From IMG/VR virus record IMGVR_UViG_3300046168_000017, positions 1-59,609 of that record: a DNA stretch of 59,609 bases; one strand, given 5' to 3'. This stretch comes from a virus (Duplodnaviria > Caudoviricetes). The stretch's first letter is position 1. Each line of letters opens with the position of its first letter. The position numbers and the translations under genes are program-made. Positions 48,822-57,562 of this stretch are shown piece after piece. The notes beneath the pieces are model-generated. The model saw only the letters and a program-made list of their open reading frames with translations. It did no database searches and had not been told where the DNA came from.

Positions 48822-50540
48822 CTAACCATCACAAGCTAAACAATCTTCATTCATTGCTTGCTGTGCAATATCTCCACGCAAGACAGATTCTGTCCTCGTG
48901 TAATATAAGGTTTTAACACCTTTTTTCCATGCTTCAAAATGAACCTTGTTAATCCACTTTGGTGTTGCTACGCTAGGAAAAGCTAAGTTTAAACTAACCG
49001 ACTGATCTACATATTGCTGTCTTAGTCCAGCTTGATTAACTAATTCTAATTGATTAATCTCCTTAAAAGTTTTAAATACCTCCTTTGCGGGTGTTTCGTG
49101 TGCCAACACAACATCATCAAGCTCAATAATATTTTGCACACTACCACCATCAGCCATGATTTTATCCCACGTTTCATTATTATTTATTTTAAGTTTTCTT
49201 AATAGTTTCAATAAAGTAGGATTCTTACGTATAAAGGTTCCTTTGGCCGTCTGCTCTGTAAAAACATTTGCTGCCCAAGGTTCTATACCCGGCGAAACAT
49301 TGCCACTAAGCTTGCTATTAGAAACAGTGGGAGCCACAGCGCGTAAATGAGTATTACGCATACCAGTTCCAGAACACCATAAAGGTTCTCCATAAGTTTC
49401 TGCAAGTGCCATACTAGCCCTTTCACTTTCAATTTTAATTTGACTAAATATTTTCCTAGTTTCAAACTGAGCAAGTAAACCTTCGAACGATATACCTTTT
49501 TCTTGTAAGTACGTGTGCCAGCCCAAAACTCCCAAGCCAAGCGCTCTTCCTTTCGTAGCTGACCTAACCGCGTTTTCAAAGCCTCGTAAGCCTTTAGCTC
49601 GTTGTATAAACTCTTCCATGACTCCATCAAGGAACCATATACTGTCGTAAATAAGGTTTGTACCTTTCCACTCTTCATATTTTGCTAGATTTAATGATGA
49701 TAAACAACATACAAAACTGTGGTTTTCATCAGTGTGTAACGTGATCTCTGAGCATATGTTTGTCATGTGTACTTTGAGACCATTGTCTTTGTACGCTTTG
49801 GGGTTATTTTTATTTGTGTTCCCTTTAAATAGGATATAAGGTTCTCCAGTAGCTTTACGTTTTTGAAGAAGTTTTCCCCAACGTTTTCTTGCTTGTTTAT
49901 CTCCAGCTTCAAGTCTTCGCATGAATTTATCGCCGACAATAGCACACTGGTGCAAGTTGAGCGATTGACGATTGACGTCTCCTTTGGGTTCACGTATTTC
50001 AAGCCACTCTTCGAAATCGGCGTGATCAATATTAATATTAACCGATGCTGCTCCTCGTCGGACAGATCCTTGATTAGTGGCAAGTATAGTTGAGTCGTAT
50101 ATTTTACAAAACGGCACAACTCCATCACTTGTTCCATTACCTGTTATTTTAGCGCCGGCGGGTCTTATTTGATTTATACCGATACCTACTCCACCGCCGT
50201 GCTTAGCGAGTAGCATCATCTCTAAGTTTTTTTGCCCAATGTCTTGTATAGAATCAGCCACATCGATACCAAAACAGCTAATAGGTAAACCGCGATCAGT
50301 ACCTGTATTGGACAACACAGGACTAGCCAAACAAAGCCAACCATTCCAAATGTAATCAAAAAACCTTTCTGCCATTTCGGGTTTATATAATCGTCTAGCA
50401 ACAGTTTTAGCCACACGCATATAAGCATCACGTGGAGTTTCATCTTGTAGTAAATACCCACCAGATATTGTTTTTTTATACACTTCAGTATCTCCCCACT
50501 TTGGGTAGTCTTCTCCTTTAATCCACTCATTGTTCCACAT
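48822..50540 (-). CDS. nrdA: Ribonucleotide reductase alpha subunit, short with no ATP cone (NrdAi type)
   Basis: SPVLSN, PISCF, TNICSEI, VCCLSS, APTVSNS, TLYY and C-terminal CLAC; start reassigned to ATG 50540 (572 aa). Confidence 0.95.
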   Translation of the reverse strand: MWNNEWIKGEDYPKWGDTEVYKKTISGGYLLQDETPRDAYMRVAKTVARRLYKPEMAERFFDYIWNGWLCLASPVLSNTGTDRGLPISCFGIDVADSIQDIGQKNLEMMLLAKHGGGVGIGINQIRPAGAKITGNGTSDGVVPFCKIYDSTILATNQGSVRRGAASVNINIDHADFEEWLEIREPKGDVNRQSLNLHQCAIVGDKFMRRLEAGDKQARKRWGKLLQKRKATGEPYILFKGNTNKNNPKAYKDNGLKVHMTNICSEITLHTDENHSFVCCLSSLNLAKYEEWKGTNLIYDSIWFLDGVMEEFIQRAKGLRGFENAVRSATKGRALGLGVLGWHTYLQEKGISFEGLLAQFETRKIFSQIKIESERASMALAETYGEPLWCSGTGMRNTHLRAVAPTVSNSKLSGNVSPGIEPWAANVFTEQTAKGTFIRKNPTLLKLLRKLKINNNETWDKIMADGGSVQNIIELDDVVLAHETPAKEVFKTFKEINQLELVNQAGLRQQYVDQSVSLNLAFPSVATPKWINKVHFEAWKKGVKTLYYTRTESVLRGDIAQQAMNEDCLACDG

Positions 50541-50542
50541 AT

Positions 50543-50761
50543 TTAAATTATAAAATGTTTGATCCAAGCTATTAAACCATTTAAATTTAAAGCTACTAAA
50601 TTCCATTGTTTTCTTGATGACACTTGTATTATTACACATATAAAGCCTATAATAAATAATATAGGCTCTAATGTCCATTGGCCTGCCATCACAAAGCCAG
50701 CACCCATATAACCTACTCTAGTTGCTATCCGTTTCCACGGACTCAACCTTTTCTGTCTCAC
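50543..50761 (-). CDS. Small membrane protein
   Basis: 2-3 hydrophobic segments (GYMGAGFVMAG, ILFIIGFICVIIQV, WNLVALNLNGLIAWI); start uncertain (GTG 50761 or upstream). Confidence 0.6.
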   Translation of the reverse strand: MRQKRLSPWKRIATRVGYMGAGFVMAGQWTLEPILFIIGFICVIIQVSSRKQWNLVALNLNGLIAWIKHFII

Positions 50762-50948
50762 TAGGTTTTTCAGTAACTTCATTTTTAAGTTGCTCCAACG
50801 CTTCGTCATATCCTGGCATTTTTTTAATTGTTTCTAAAGAACCTACAGCTACTTCTCTAGTAAATTGTATTTCAGTTATAAGCTGTTGCATAACTCTAGC
50901 CATTGCATCAACTTTATTTTTCATTTCTATTAATTTGTTTTCTTTCAT
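50718..50948 (-). CDS. Hypothetical coiled-coil protein
   Basis: 76 aa; ATGA-coupled to the upstream ORF. Confidence 0.7.
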   Translation of the reverse strand: MKENKLIEMKNKVDAMARVMQQLITEIQFTREVAVGSLETIKKMPGYDEALEQLKNEVTEKPSETEKVESVETDSN

Positions 50949-51166
50949 TTTAAGTTTTCTTTTTTTACAAAGTCTCTTACACCTGTCCAGTTTAGATCGT
51001 TGTATATATCTTGTTCAGTTATATTTATCTTACCAGATATCTTCGAAGTCTTCCCCTTCGTTAGCTTTACTATAGTCCGTTGGACGAATAGCAAAAAAAT
51101 CAGTATGGGTAATGCCCCCGGTAAGATGATAAAACCAATCAAGATTAGCTGCTGCTTTAGTGTCAT
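50945..51166 (-). CDS. Single-TM protein whose 5' part overlaps the nrdB 3' end in the +1 frame
   Basis: Its stop overlaps the next ATG (ATGA); the only ATG starts lie inside nrdB (e.g. 51166 or 51217). Confidence 0.5.
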   Translation of the reverse strand: MTLKQQLILIGFIILPGALPILIFLLFVQRTIVKLTKGKTSKISGKINITEQDIYNDLNWTGVRDFVKKENLK

Positions 51167-51998
51167 ACGCGAAATACGATCCAAGGTCAACATAACCAAG
51201 TTCCACAAGTTTTTCATTTGCTCTCTTTTTTATAAATTGTTTTAAATCATTAGCTGATATACCCTCAATGTCTCCAGCTTCAAACATTTTGTCAATATAG
51301 CTACTTTCAAGATTAACCATTGTTTCAGCAGCTTTAATTATATCTTCTCTACATAAATGCAGTAATTGATCGTTTTCACTGCACATATCGCGATATAGCT
51401 TGCAACCCATTTTACTATGTAGTGATTCATCTCTTACTGACCATTTCATTTGTTGCCCGATACCCTTAAGTAAATTTCGAAGCTGAAAACTATACAACAC
51501 TGCAAAAGCACTATACAGACTAACTCCTTCAGCGAAGGCTGAAAATACAGCCAAGCTTTTCGCAATACCCACAGGATTATTACCGTCGTAAGCAACCAAA
51601 TTATCAAATCTAGCAGACGTTGCTGGTTCATGTAAAAATGCTTCATAGTCTTCTAGCTTTAAAGTTTCATTTAAGTAACTATATGCTACGGCATGCACAG
51701 TTTCCTGTGAGCCAAACATCATAGCCATTTGTCTTATTTCGTGTTTAGGAAACCACGATACGACGTTCTGGGTCCAATAGTCTGATACCGCGCATTCTGT
51801 CTGCGCGAAGCCAAGAAGTATGTTCCCGACAAGGTGTTTTTCTTTTTCGTTAAGTCTTTCATTCCAATCTTTTATATCGCTTTGCATTGAGATCTCAGTG
51901 TGTAACCAAAATGCTTGTGCTTGTTTTAACCAACCTTCATTGTAGTATTCAGGATATTCAAATGGTTTGTACGCTATGCGCTCATCAAATAATCCCAT
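51030..51998 (-). CDS. nrdB: Ribonucleotide reductase beta subunit (NrdBi/class Id-like)
   Basis: E68, E99xxH102, Y106, AEGVSLYSAF, RDESLH, C-terminal TDFF. Confidence 0.95.
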   Translation of the reverse strand: MGLFDERIAYKPFEYPEYYNEGWLKQAQAFWLHTEISMQSDIKDWNERLNEKEKHLVGNILLGFAQTECAVSDYWTQNVVSWFPKHEIRQMAMMFGSQETVHAVAYSYLNETLKLEDYEAFLHEPATSARFDNLVAYDGNNPVGIAKSLAVFSAFAEGVSLYSAFAVLYSFQLRNLLKGIGQQMKWSVRDESLHSKMGCKLYRDMCSENDQLLHLCREDIIKAAETMVNLESSYIDKMFEAGDIEGISANDLKQFIKKRANEKLVELGYVDLGSYFAYDTKAAANLDWFYHLTGGITHTDFFAIRPTDYSKANEGEDFEDIW

Positions 51999-52148
51999 TT
52001 ATTTAAAAATTTCTAATGCTATGTCAATAAAAGGTATATATAATACATGTGTTATTTGATCTTTTTCATCATAAGTTCTTGCTCCTAATAATACACCTGG
52101 ATATGTACCTACTGATAAACTCCAGTTTTTATTCTGCTTTGATTCCAT
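51999..52148 (-). CDS. Small hypothetical protein (not in the ORF track)
   Basis: MESKQNKNWSLSVGTYPGVLLGARTYDEKDQITHVLYIPFIDIALEIFK (49 aa); stop abuts the nrdB ATG. Confidence 0.65.
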   Translation of the reverse strand: MESKQNKNWSLSVGTYPGVLLGARTYDEKDQITHVLYIPFIDIALEIFK

Positions 52149-52299
52149 ATTTATCTTGTATTTCTACTAATTCTTTAAATTTAACTTTGTTTCTAACTTC
52201 CCAGCTCCATTTCCACCATTTATCTATTTGCCGTTCAGCATACTTTTTTCTAGCTAATCTTTTAGCTTCGAAAGGATTAACCTTACTGTCTCGTCGCAT
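52129..52299 (-). CDS. Small basic hypothetical protein (not in the ORF track)
   Basis: MRRDSKVNPFEAKRLARKKYAERQIDKWWKWSWEVRNKVKFKELVEIQDKYGIKAE (56 aa). Confidence 0.55.
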   Translation of the reverse strand: MRRDSKVNPFEAKRLARKKYAERQIDKWWKWSWEVRNKVKFKELVEIQDKYGIKAE

Positions 52300-52709
52300 T
52301 CCTTATGATTTTGTGGTTTATATAATGTAAGTGGTCCTAATCGTCTTTCAGTAATAAGTTTTTTAAATAATTTCCAACGTAACGGAAACGATTCATTAGC
52401 TCTACCTTTAGTTTCAATTATAAAACCCTTACCTACAAAGTCTGGTGTATATTTTATATTAAGTATTTTTTTGTTACCTCTGTTTTTGTAATCTCCTTTA
52501 CCATTACCACATCTTTCATATGACTCAAATGGAAAATCAAAAGACTCTGACAACTCAAATGTTTGACCCTCATATAAAGCAGTTATTTTAGCTTTGCGTA
52601 AAGCCATATACATATAACGCTCAAGACCAGACGCGAAGTTGATCCCATCATATGAGATCTTCTTCGACTGAACTGGGCCTTTTTTTCTTTTATAAGATTT
52701 CTTCTTCAT
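52254..52709 (-). CDS. T7 endonuclease I-like Holliday junction resolvase
   Basis: FASGLE, YTPDF and IIETKG PD-(D/E)XK motifs. Confidence 0.8.
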   Translation of the reverse strand: MKKKSYKRKKGPVQSKKISYDGINFASGLERYMYMALRKAKITALYEGQTFELSESFDFPFESYERCGNGKGDYKNRGNKKILNIKYTPDFVGKGFIIETKGRANESFPLRWKLFKKLITERRLGPLTLYKPQNHKECDETVRLILSKLKD

Positions 52710-53004
52710 TTATTTCTATGTCGTGATAGTGTAAACCATCGTTACCGTTTTGGCCTACAATATTCATTCTATTAAGCATAGCTTCTTCTATTTCATCTTG
52801 TAAACAATGTCTAGCTGATTCTAAGTATAGTATTGCGTCCATTAATTCTTCTTGTACATCAACAATAAATCTGCTAAGATCTTTTTTTTGACCTTCGATC
52901 TCTTGCATCATTGTAGCTCCATATTTCTTTTGACCTATTAAGCTACGTTCGTCCATCTTCCTTAGTACGTTTTGTACTATCTTATCTTGTGTTTTAATCT
53001 GCAT
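52690..53004 (-). CDS. MazG-fold (all-alpha) NTP pyrophosphatase-like protein
   Basis: R...G.KKYG.T...QEELMDAILYLE acidic helix motif. Confidence 0.6.
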   Translation of the reverse strand: MQIKTQDKIVQNVLRKMDERSLIGQKKYGATMMQEIEGQKKDLSRFIVDVQEELMDAILYLESARHCLQDEIEEAMLNRMNIVGQNGNDGLHYHDIEINEEEIL

Positions 53005-53752
53005 CTTTTACAAAAGTTCCGTTAATCATTTTACCTGTTCTTGCTGCTATCTCTGTGTAAGCAGCGTCAATACAGTCTTCAATTTCAAAGCCTTCTTGAT
53101 AAGCTAGGTTAGTTAATACAACAACCATATCACCTATAGCGTCTTGTATTTCTGGTTTATCTTTTTTAAGCAATGCTTGAGCAAGTTCACCAGCTTCTTC
53201 CATAAGCTTAACATACTGCGTGTGTGAGTTACCTGTTTGATATATGCCTCTTTCCGCAGCCCAACTACGTATTAAATCAAATCTTTCAATTGTAGTGTCA
53301 GGTGTATGTGTTGGATTAAAAAATGCTTCGTAGAAAGCTTTATTATAAATATAAGATCTATTGTTGTTGTACATAGATTCTTTCGCGTTAGCCATTATCC
53401 ACGGTATGTTTTCTTTTGTTATTTCAAACTGGCCAAAACTTGTTTTCCAATTTAAACCTATATTATCGCTTAATCTACCTTTTAATTTATTAAGAGGTAC
53501 AGGGAATGTTGAGGTTTGTTCTGTTGCGTTTATTTTCATTTTATTAAATAAGTTTTTATATAATTTTCTGTCGACTTTATAGCCGTAAGACTTTTGAAGT
53601 TCTATTTCACGGTCTGATATATACTCTATATCGTCTGACTGTTCAAGAACTTCATACTCATTCTCCTTATAACCTTGCATAAGGGTAACCCGTGTATTAA
53701 GATTACGTGTAACACCGATCTTTTTACCTGGTATGTGGTATAAATAATACAT
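52994..53752 (-). CDS. MazG-like NTP pyrophosphohydrolase with an N-terminal GIY-YIG-like domain
   Basis: C-terminal KLMEEAGEL...DAIGD...R.GKMINGTFVK; N-terminal YYLYHI...KIGVT.NL..R. Confidence 0.75.
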   Translation of the reverse strand: MYYLYHIPGKKIGVTRNLNTRVTLMQGYKENEYEVLEQSDDIEYISDREIELQKSYGYKVDRKLYKNLFNKMKINATEQTSTFPVPLNKLKGRLSDNIGLNWKTSFGQFEITKENIPWIMANAKESMYNNNRSYIYNKAFYEAFFNPTHTPDTTIERFDLIRSWAAERGIYQTGNSHTQYVKLMEEAGELAQALLKKDKPEIQDAIGDMVVVLTNLAYQEGFEIEDCIDAAYTEIAARTGKMINGTFVKDAD

Positions 53753-53757
53753 ATTTT

Positions 53758-54402
53758 TTATAGTTTATTGTTATACAAATGCATGTTATGTGCGTGATGG
53801 TAATACCAGCCTATTTCTAAATTAAGACGTCTAGCTATTAGTTTTTGTAATGATGAAAATTGATACTGATCATTACAGAAACCGTACCAGATGTCATTAG
53901 AACGCATGTAGACAGACATACAAAGCTTATCGTTTATAATTGTAAACTGAACTGCGTACGTACATGGCGTGTCTTTCTTATATTTATCATATTCTTTACC
54001 ATCGTATATACTTATCGCTGCATGTCTAGTATTTTTATTTGTTTTTAATTTAGCGCAAACATAATCTATTTGACAACTTCGTTTCCATTGATAACCATAG
54101 TTAGAGTTTACTTTTCTATCGCCGTCAGCCATTCGCTCCCATATTGGTGGTATTTTACCGTACAGTTCGCCTAGCTTGTCAATACTAGGATCACCTGATA
54201 AATACCATTGCCATTCAGCTTCAGCATATTCTAAGCTCCAATTACGTTCTTTGTTAGTAATATGATTTTGTGTAGGGTTTTCTATATAAAAACCACAATT
54301 AAACAAAGCTTTAGTATCATCAAAATCTTCACCATATCTAATAGCTTGATCTAACAAAAACTCATATGCTTCATTTGCGTTTTTAAATCTTGTGTTTATC
54401 AT
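53758..54402 (-). CDS. Thymidylate synthase-family enzyme, dCMP hydroxymethylase-like (T4 gp42 type)
   Basis: NSNYG, PC147T, MRSNDIWYGFCND178 (Asp at the ThyA Asn177 position), H.Y. Confidence 0.8.
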   Translation of the reverse strand: MINTRFKNANEAYEFLLDQAIRYGEDFDDTKALFNCGFYIENPTQNHITNKERNWSLEYAEAEWQWYLSGDPSIDKLGELYGKIPPIWERMADGDRKVNSNYGYQWKRSCQIDYVCAKLKTNKNTRHAAISIYDGKEYDKYKKDTPCTYAVQFTIINDKLCMSVYMRSNDIWYGFCNDQYQFSSLQKLIARRLNLEIGWYYHHAHNMHLYNNKL

Positions 54403-54625
54403 AATAATATTTATAGTATTTAAATATTGTCTCCCACAACTCTCTTGGGTTGAAAGCCTGAGGTGATCTATTTATTTTTTTGTTTATCTCTATATCTATA
54501 TACCACCAAGCAAAGTTTTCTTTACAAAATGGCGATATATATATTCCATTGTTAATACACCAATGATAAGCTTTAAATTCATCAGGTGAATATTGATATT
54601 CTACTGATTTCTTTTTTACTCCCAT
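54383..54625 (-). CDS. Hypothetical protein
   Basis: 80 aa, aromatic-rich; overlaps both neighbours. Confidence 0.7.
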   Translation of the reverse strand: MGVKKKSVEYQYSPDEFKAYHWCINNGIYISPFCKENFAWWYIDIEINKKINRSPQAFNPRELWETIFKYYKYYYDKHKI

Positions 54626-56331
54626 GGCATTGGCTCGTCATTAGATATAGGTTCATGAGGTATAAAACAACCAGACTTTGGTTCCCATTTAAAATGTGCT
54701 TCAGCTCCATTTTCACCTAAGTTTTGAAACTTAACTTTAAGAACTTTAGCTTTAACTGTTCTAGCTTCATAATCTCTATGAACTAATATACCATGATAAC
54801 TAGCATCGTACCATTCACCACCACCTTTAATATTATACATTGTAGGCTCTTCCATTTTACCGTCTTTGTCTTTATACATTTTAGTTGGGTGAGCAACAAC
54901 AAATACTAATACATCAAACTTCTTAGCAAAGACTTCTATCTTTGTTAAGTATTCCATAGTGTATCTATTAACGTCTTCTGTTTTACAGTCTATGTCTCTT
55001 ACTTTATTAAACGGATCAATAACTAAACATTTAATACCTTTACGCTTAACAAGTTCTGCGCCTTTTCTAAGTACAGACTCTAACGTATAGCGCTCCATGT
55101 CAATATGAAAGTAATTAGTATTACAGTGATCTGCTATTTGATTCCATTTTTCGCTATGTATATCAGCTGACGTTGGCATGCCTTCCCAAGTCTTACGCAT
55201 TAACTTATGCGCATGTAAATACGTAGGAGCATTTTCTGGTGATGCAAAAGCTGTTTTCCAACCATAGTTACGATTGTAACCTACAACCATCTGATCAACA
55301 AAATCAGACTTACCGCTACTAGGTATACCAGTAACAGTAATAAACTGACCGGTGTACGTGCTAAATATGTCATCAAAGTTTTCCAAGCCGACTTGATATC
55401 CTTTCTTAAAACCGTTGCGTACAAAGTCTGTAACTTCGTCTTCGATGTCTTTAAAGGTTGTAACGTTTTCAAGCGGTACTGGTCGTGATTGAGAAATACG
55501 CTCTGCCAGTTTTTGTTTTCCATATTTTAAAAGGTATTCATTAGCATCTTTACAATCATCAAACGACGCTAGATAACAAACTTCAGCTCCAAGTCTACGG
55601 ACTAATTCTGATTGTAGTGCTTGACCTGCTTCATCTGAGTCAACAGCTAATATTACTTTTTCTTTATCTTCAAAATAATCTATACAATTATCAAGATAAT
55701 CAAGATTATTTGAATTTAATGTTGCACCATTAGGGACTGATATACTATTAGGTATACCAGCCTCATGTAGTGCTAACACATCCATTTCACCTTCGGTTAT
55801 AATACAATATTCATAACCTACTATGCTATTTATATTATAGAATACTTTTTCAGCACCCTTATATAATTTAAAGTTTTTTCTACCATCGCGATACTTAATA
55901 TTAATAAGTTGATCACCCATGAAATAGTTGAACTTTATAGCGTTCTCGGTTTTACCGGTCTGAGGCATATACTCAGAGCCTTGAGTAACTTTACAGTCAA
56001 GCAAGGTCTCTGGTGATATTCCTCTAGTTTCAAACCATTTCAATACTTTGTCATCTGCTAGTTCCGGATATTCAGGATCTGGTTGTACAGGTCTAGCGTA
56101 TTCTTTTTCACTAGCTCCTTTACGTTGATAACTATGTAACTGAAATGAAGTGTTACAATTATGACAAGTTCCGAGACCACGTTCCCAATCATAAGACGCA
56201 CATTTTGCCTTTTGATTTTTAGGTTTTCTATCATGAGAACATAAAGGGCATATACCCTGTTTCTTACCCTCTTCAAGCTTATATTGATTGAAATCATCAA
56301 TCAAGAATCCATTGATCTCTGTTGTCTGCAT
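54616..56331 (-). CDS. Primase-helicase (T7 gp4/Twinkle-like)
   Basis: Zn finger CPLC...CHNC, TOPRIM EGEMD...DSD, Walker A GIPSSGKS, LVIDP, VAHP. Confidence 0.93.
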   Translation of the reverse strand: MQTTEINGFLIDDFNQYKLEEGKKQGICPLCSHDRKPKNQKAKCASYDWERGLGTCHNCNTSFQLHSYQRKGASEKEYARPVQPDPEYPELADDKVLKWFETRGISPETLLDCKVTQGSEYMPQTGKTENAIKFNYFMGDQLINIKYRDGRKNFKLYKGAEKVFYNINSIVGYEYCIITEGEMDVLALHEAGIPNSISVPNGATLNSNNLDYLDNCIDYFEDKEKVILAVDSDEAGQALQSELVRRLGAEVCYLASFDDCKDANEYLLKYGKQKLAERISQSRPVPLENVTTFKDIEDEVTDFVRNGFKKGYQVGLENFDDIFSTYTGQFITVTGIPSSGKSDFVDQMVVGYNRNYGWKTAFASPENAPTYLHAHKLMRKTWEGMPTSADIHSEKWNQIADHCNTNYFHIDMERYTLESVLRKGAELVKRKGIKCLVIDPFNKVRDIDCKTEDVNRYTMEYLTKIEVFAKKFDVLVFVVAHPTKMYKDKDGKMEEPTMYNIKGGGEWYDASYHGILVHRDYEARTVKAKVLKVKFQNLGENGAEAHFKWEPKSGCFIPHEPISNDEPMPWE

Positions 56332-56340
56332 TTAATTTAA

Positions 56341-56646
56341 TTAAAATGGTAAATCATCTGCCGGTGCTGCAGCCGGCGCTGCTTTTGGTTGGTCTTGTCT
56401 TGGAGCTGCGGCAACATTATCACCGTTCGTCCATACAACTTGAACATTACCTAAGTACGTTTTAGCTACTTTAGCTTCACGTTCTTCTTTTGTCTGTGCA
56501 ATTACCACAGGTCCTTGATTACCGAATTGATCCGGCTCGTCATTTAAGGTTATAGTAATTGGCAAGTACTTACCTTTCTTACCATCGATAACTTTTGATT
56601 TATCTATGTTAGTAAGGTTTATACTACATTTAATTATACTAGCCAT
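56341..56646 (-). CDS. Single-stranded DNA-binding protein (putative)
   Basis: 101 aa, beta-rich with a flexible tail ending DDLPF. Confidence 0.7.
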   Translation of the reverse strand: MASIIKCSINLTNIDKSKVIDGKKGKYLPITITLNDEPDQFGNQGPVVIAQTKEEREAKVAKTYLGNVQVVWTNGDNVAAAPRQDQPKAAPAAAPADDLPF

Positions 56647-56647
56647 A

Positions 56648-56827
56648 TTATACGTAATTATTTATTTGATTAAACATTCTTTGCATTTGGTCTTTAGTAG
56701 CGTTTGTATTTCTACGCATGTTATCTACTGCTTTAACGTGGTTTTGTCCTGTGTAAAAATTATTTACATTAGTTTCAATTCCTGTTACTGTACAAATTTT
56801 TGTTTGGTTTTTTCTGGTTCTTGCCAT
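56648..56827 (-). CDS. Small hypothetical protein (not in the ORF track)
   Basis: MARTRKNQTKICTVTGIETNVNNFYTGQNHVKAVDNMRRNTNATKDQMQRMFNQINNYV (59 aa); fills the gap exactly. Confidence 0.7.
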   Translation of the reverse strand: MARTRKNQTKICTVTGIETNVNNFYTGQNHVKAVDNMRRNTNATKDQMQRMFNQINNYV

Positions 56828-56829
56828 AA

Positions 56830-57561
56830 TTAAAGGGTTTTGTTAATAAAATATTGTGTAGGATCAAAGCCTTCAGACTTATAAAATAACTCATAAGCCT
56901 GTACTGCTCTTTCGACTTTGTCCTTACCACGTTCGTAAAATTCTGGTGAGCAGTCAAATATACCTATTTGATGTGTATTTTTATCTATAACAATAAAAAT
57001 CATTTCATAACCAAATAGTTTACTATAAATATAAGCTTGACTATCGTAATTGTACTTGGATGCTGAATATCTAAATTTATTAAGATCTGCTGTCGTCTTT
57101 AAATCAATGATCAGCTTTTCATTGTGGTTTATTATATCTGCCTTACCTTTCCATAGTTGACCTTCAAGCTCTGTTATACCTGGTGTTTCATATTCTGTGT
57201 TTGTATCACGTATCAAGCCTTTACATATATCATTAGCTAACATTTTTTCTGTCATTAACTCTATTGTATCAACTTCGTGTTGCAATAAACATAGTTCGCC
57301 ACCTGATATCTCTTTGTATGCTTTAGTATTTCTAGTTGTTGCTTCTATTATCTTAAACTTATTAAGCTTTTCTGGCTCTAATATAGCTGTGTGAAAATAT
57401 CCGCCAACTAGAAAAGCAGGTCGCGGTGCTTGCTGCTTTCCTAAAGCCAAAGGATTTGTAAGCAAAGTACTGATGTCAGAATTACTTAGATATTTCTTAC
57501 CGAAAGATCCATAATAATGCTCGTCATCACGTAGCTTTTCAATTGCTTTTTCTTTGTTCAT
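56830..57561 (-). CDS. PD-(D/E)XK exonuclease (RecE/ExoVIII C-terminal-like)
   Basis: LSNS, G..FHTAILEP, KGKAD...IIDLKTT, Y..QAYIY. Confidence 0.82.
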   Translation of the reverse strand: MNKEKAIEKLRDDEHYYGSFGKKYLSNSDISTLLTNPLALGKQQAPRPAFLVGGYFHTAILEPEKLNKFKIIEATTRNTKAYKEISGGELCLLQHEVDTIELMTEKMLANDICKGLIRDTNTEYETPGITELEGQLWKGKADIINHNEKLIIDLKTTADLNKFRYSASKYNYDSQAYIYSKLFGYEMIFIVIDKNTHQIGIFDCSPEFYERGKDKVERAVQAYELFYKSEGFDPTQYFINKTL

Positions 57562-57562
57562 A

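Noticed and set aside
50541-50678. N-terminal extension of nrdA in the ORF track (similarly starts 13001, 47022, 47619, 8860)
   Set aside because: The extensions overlap upstream genes or a structured leader and read as non-protein-like; the downstream ATGs have typical A-rich leaders.
55281-56300. +1-frame ORFs of 80 aa in the primase-helicase (also 51446..51646, 19261..19455, 7886..8116)
   Set aside because: They are too short to separate from chance and lack coupling or signal features; noted only as weak context for the overprinting findings.
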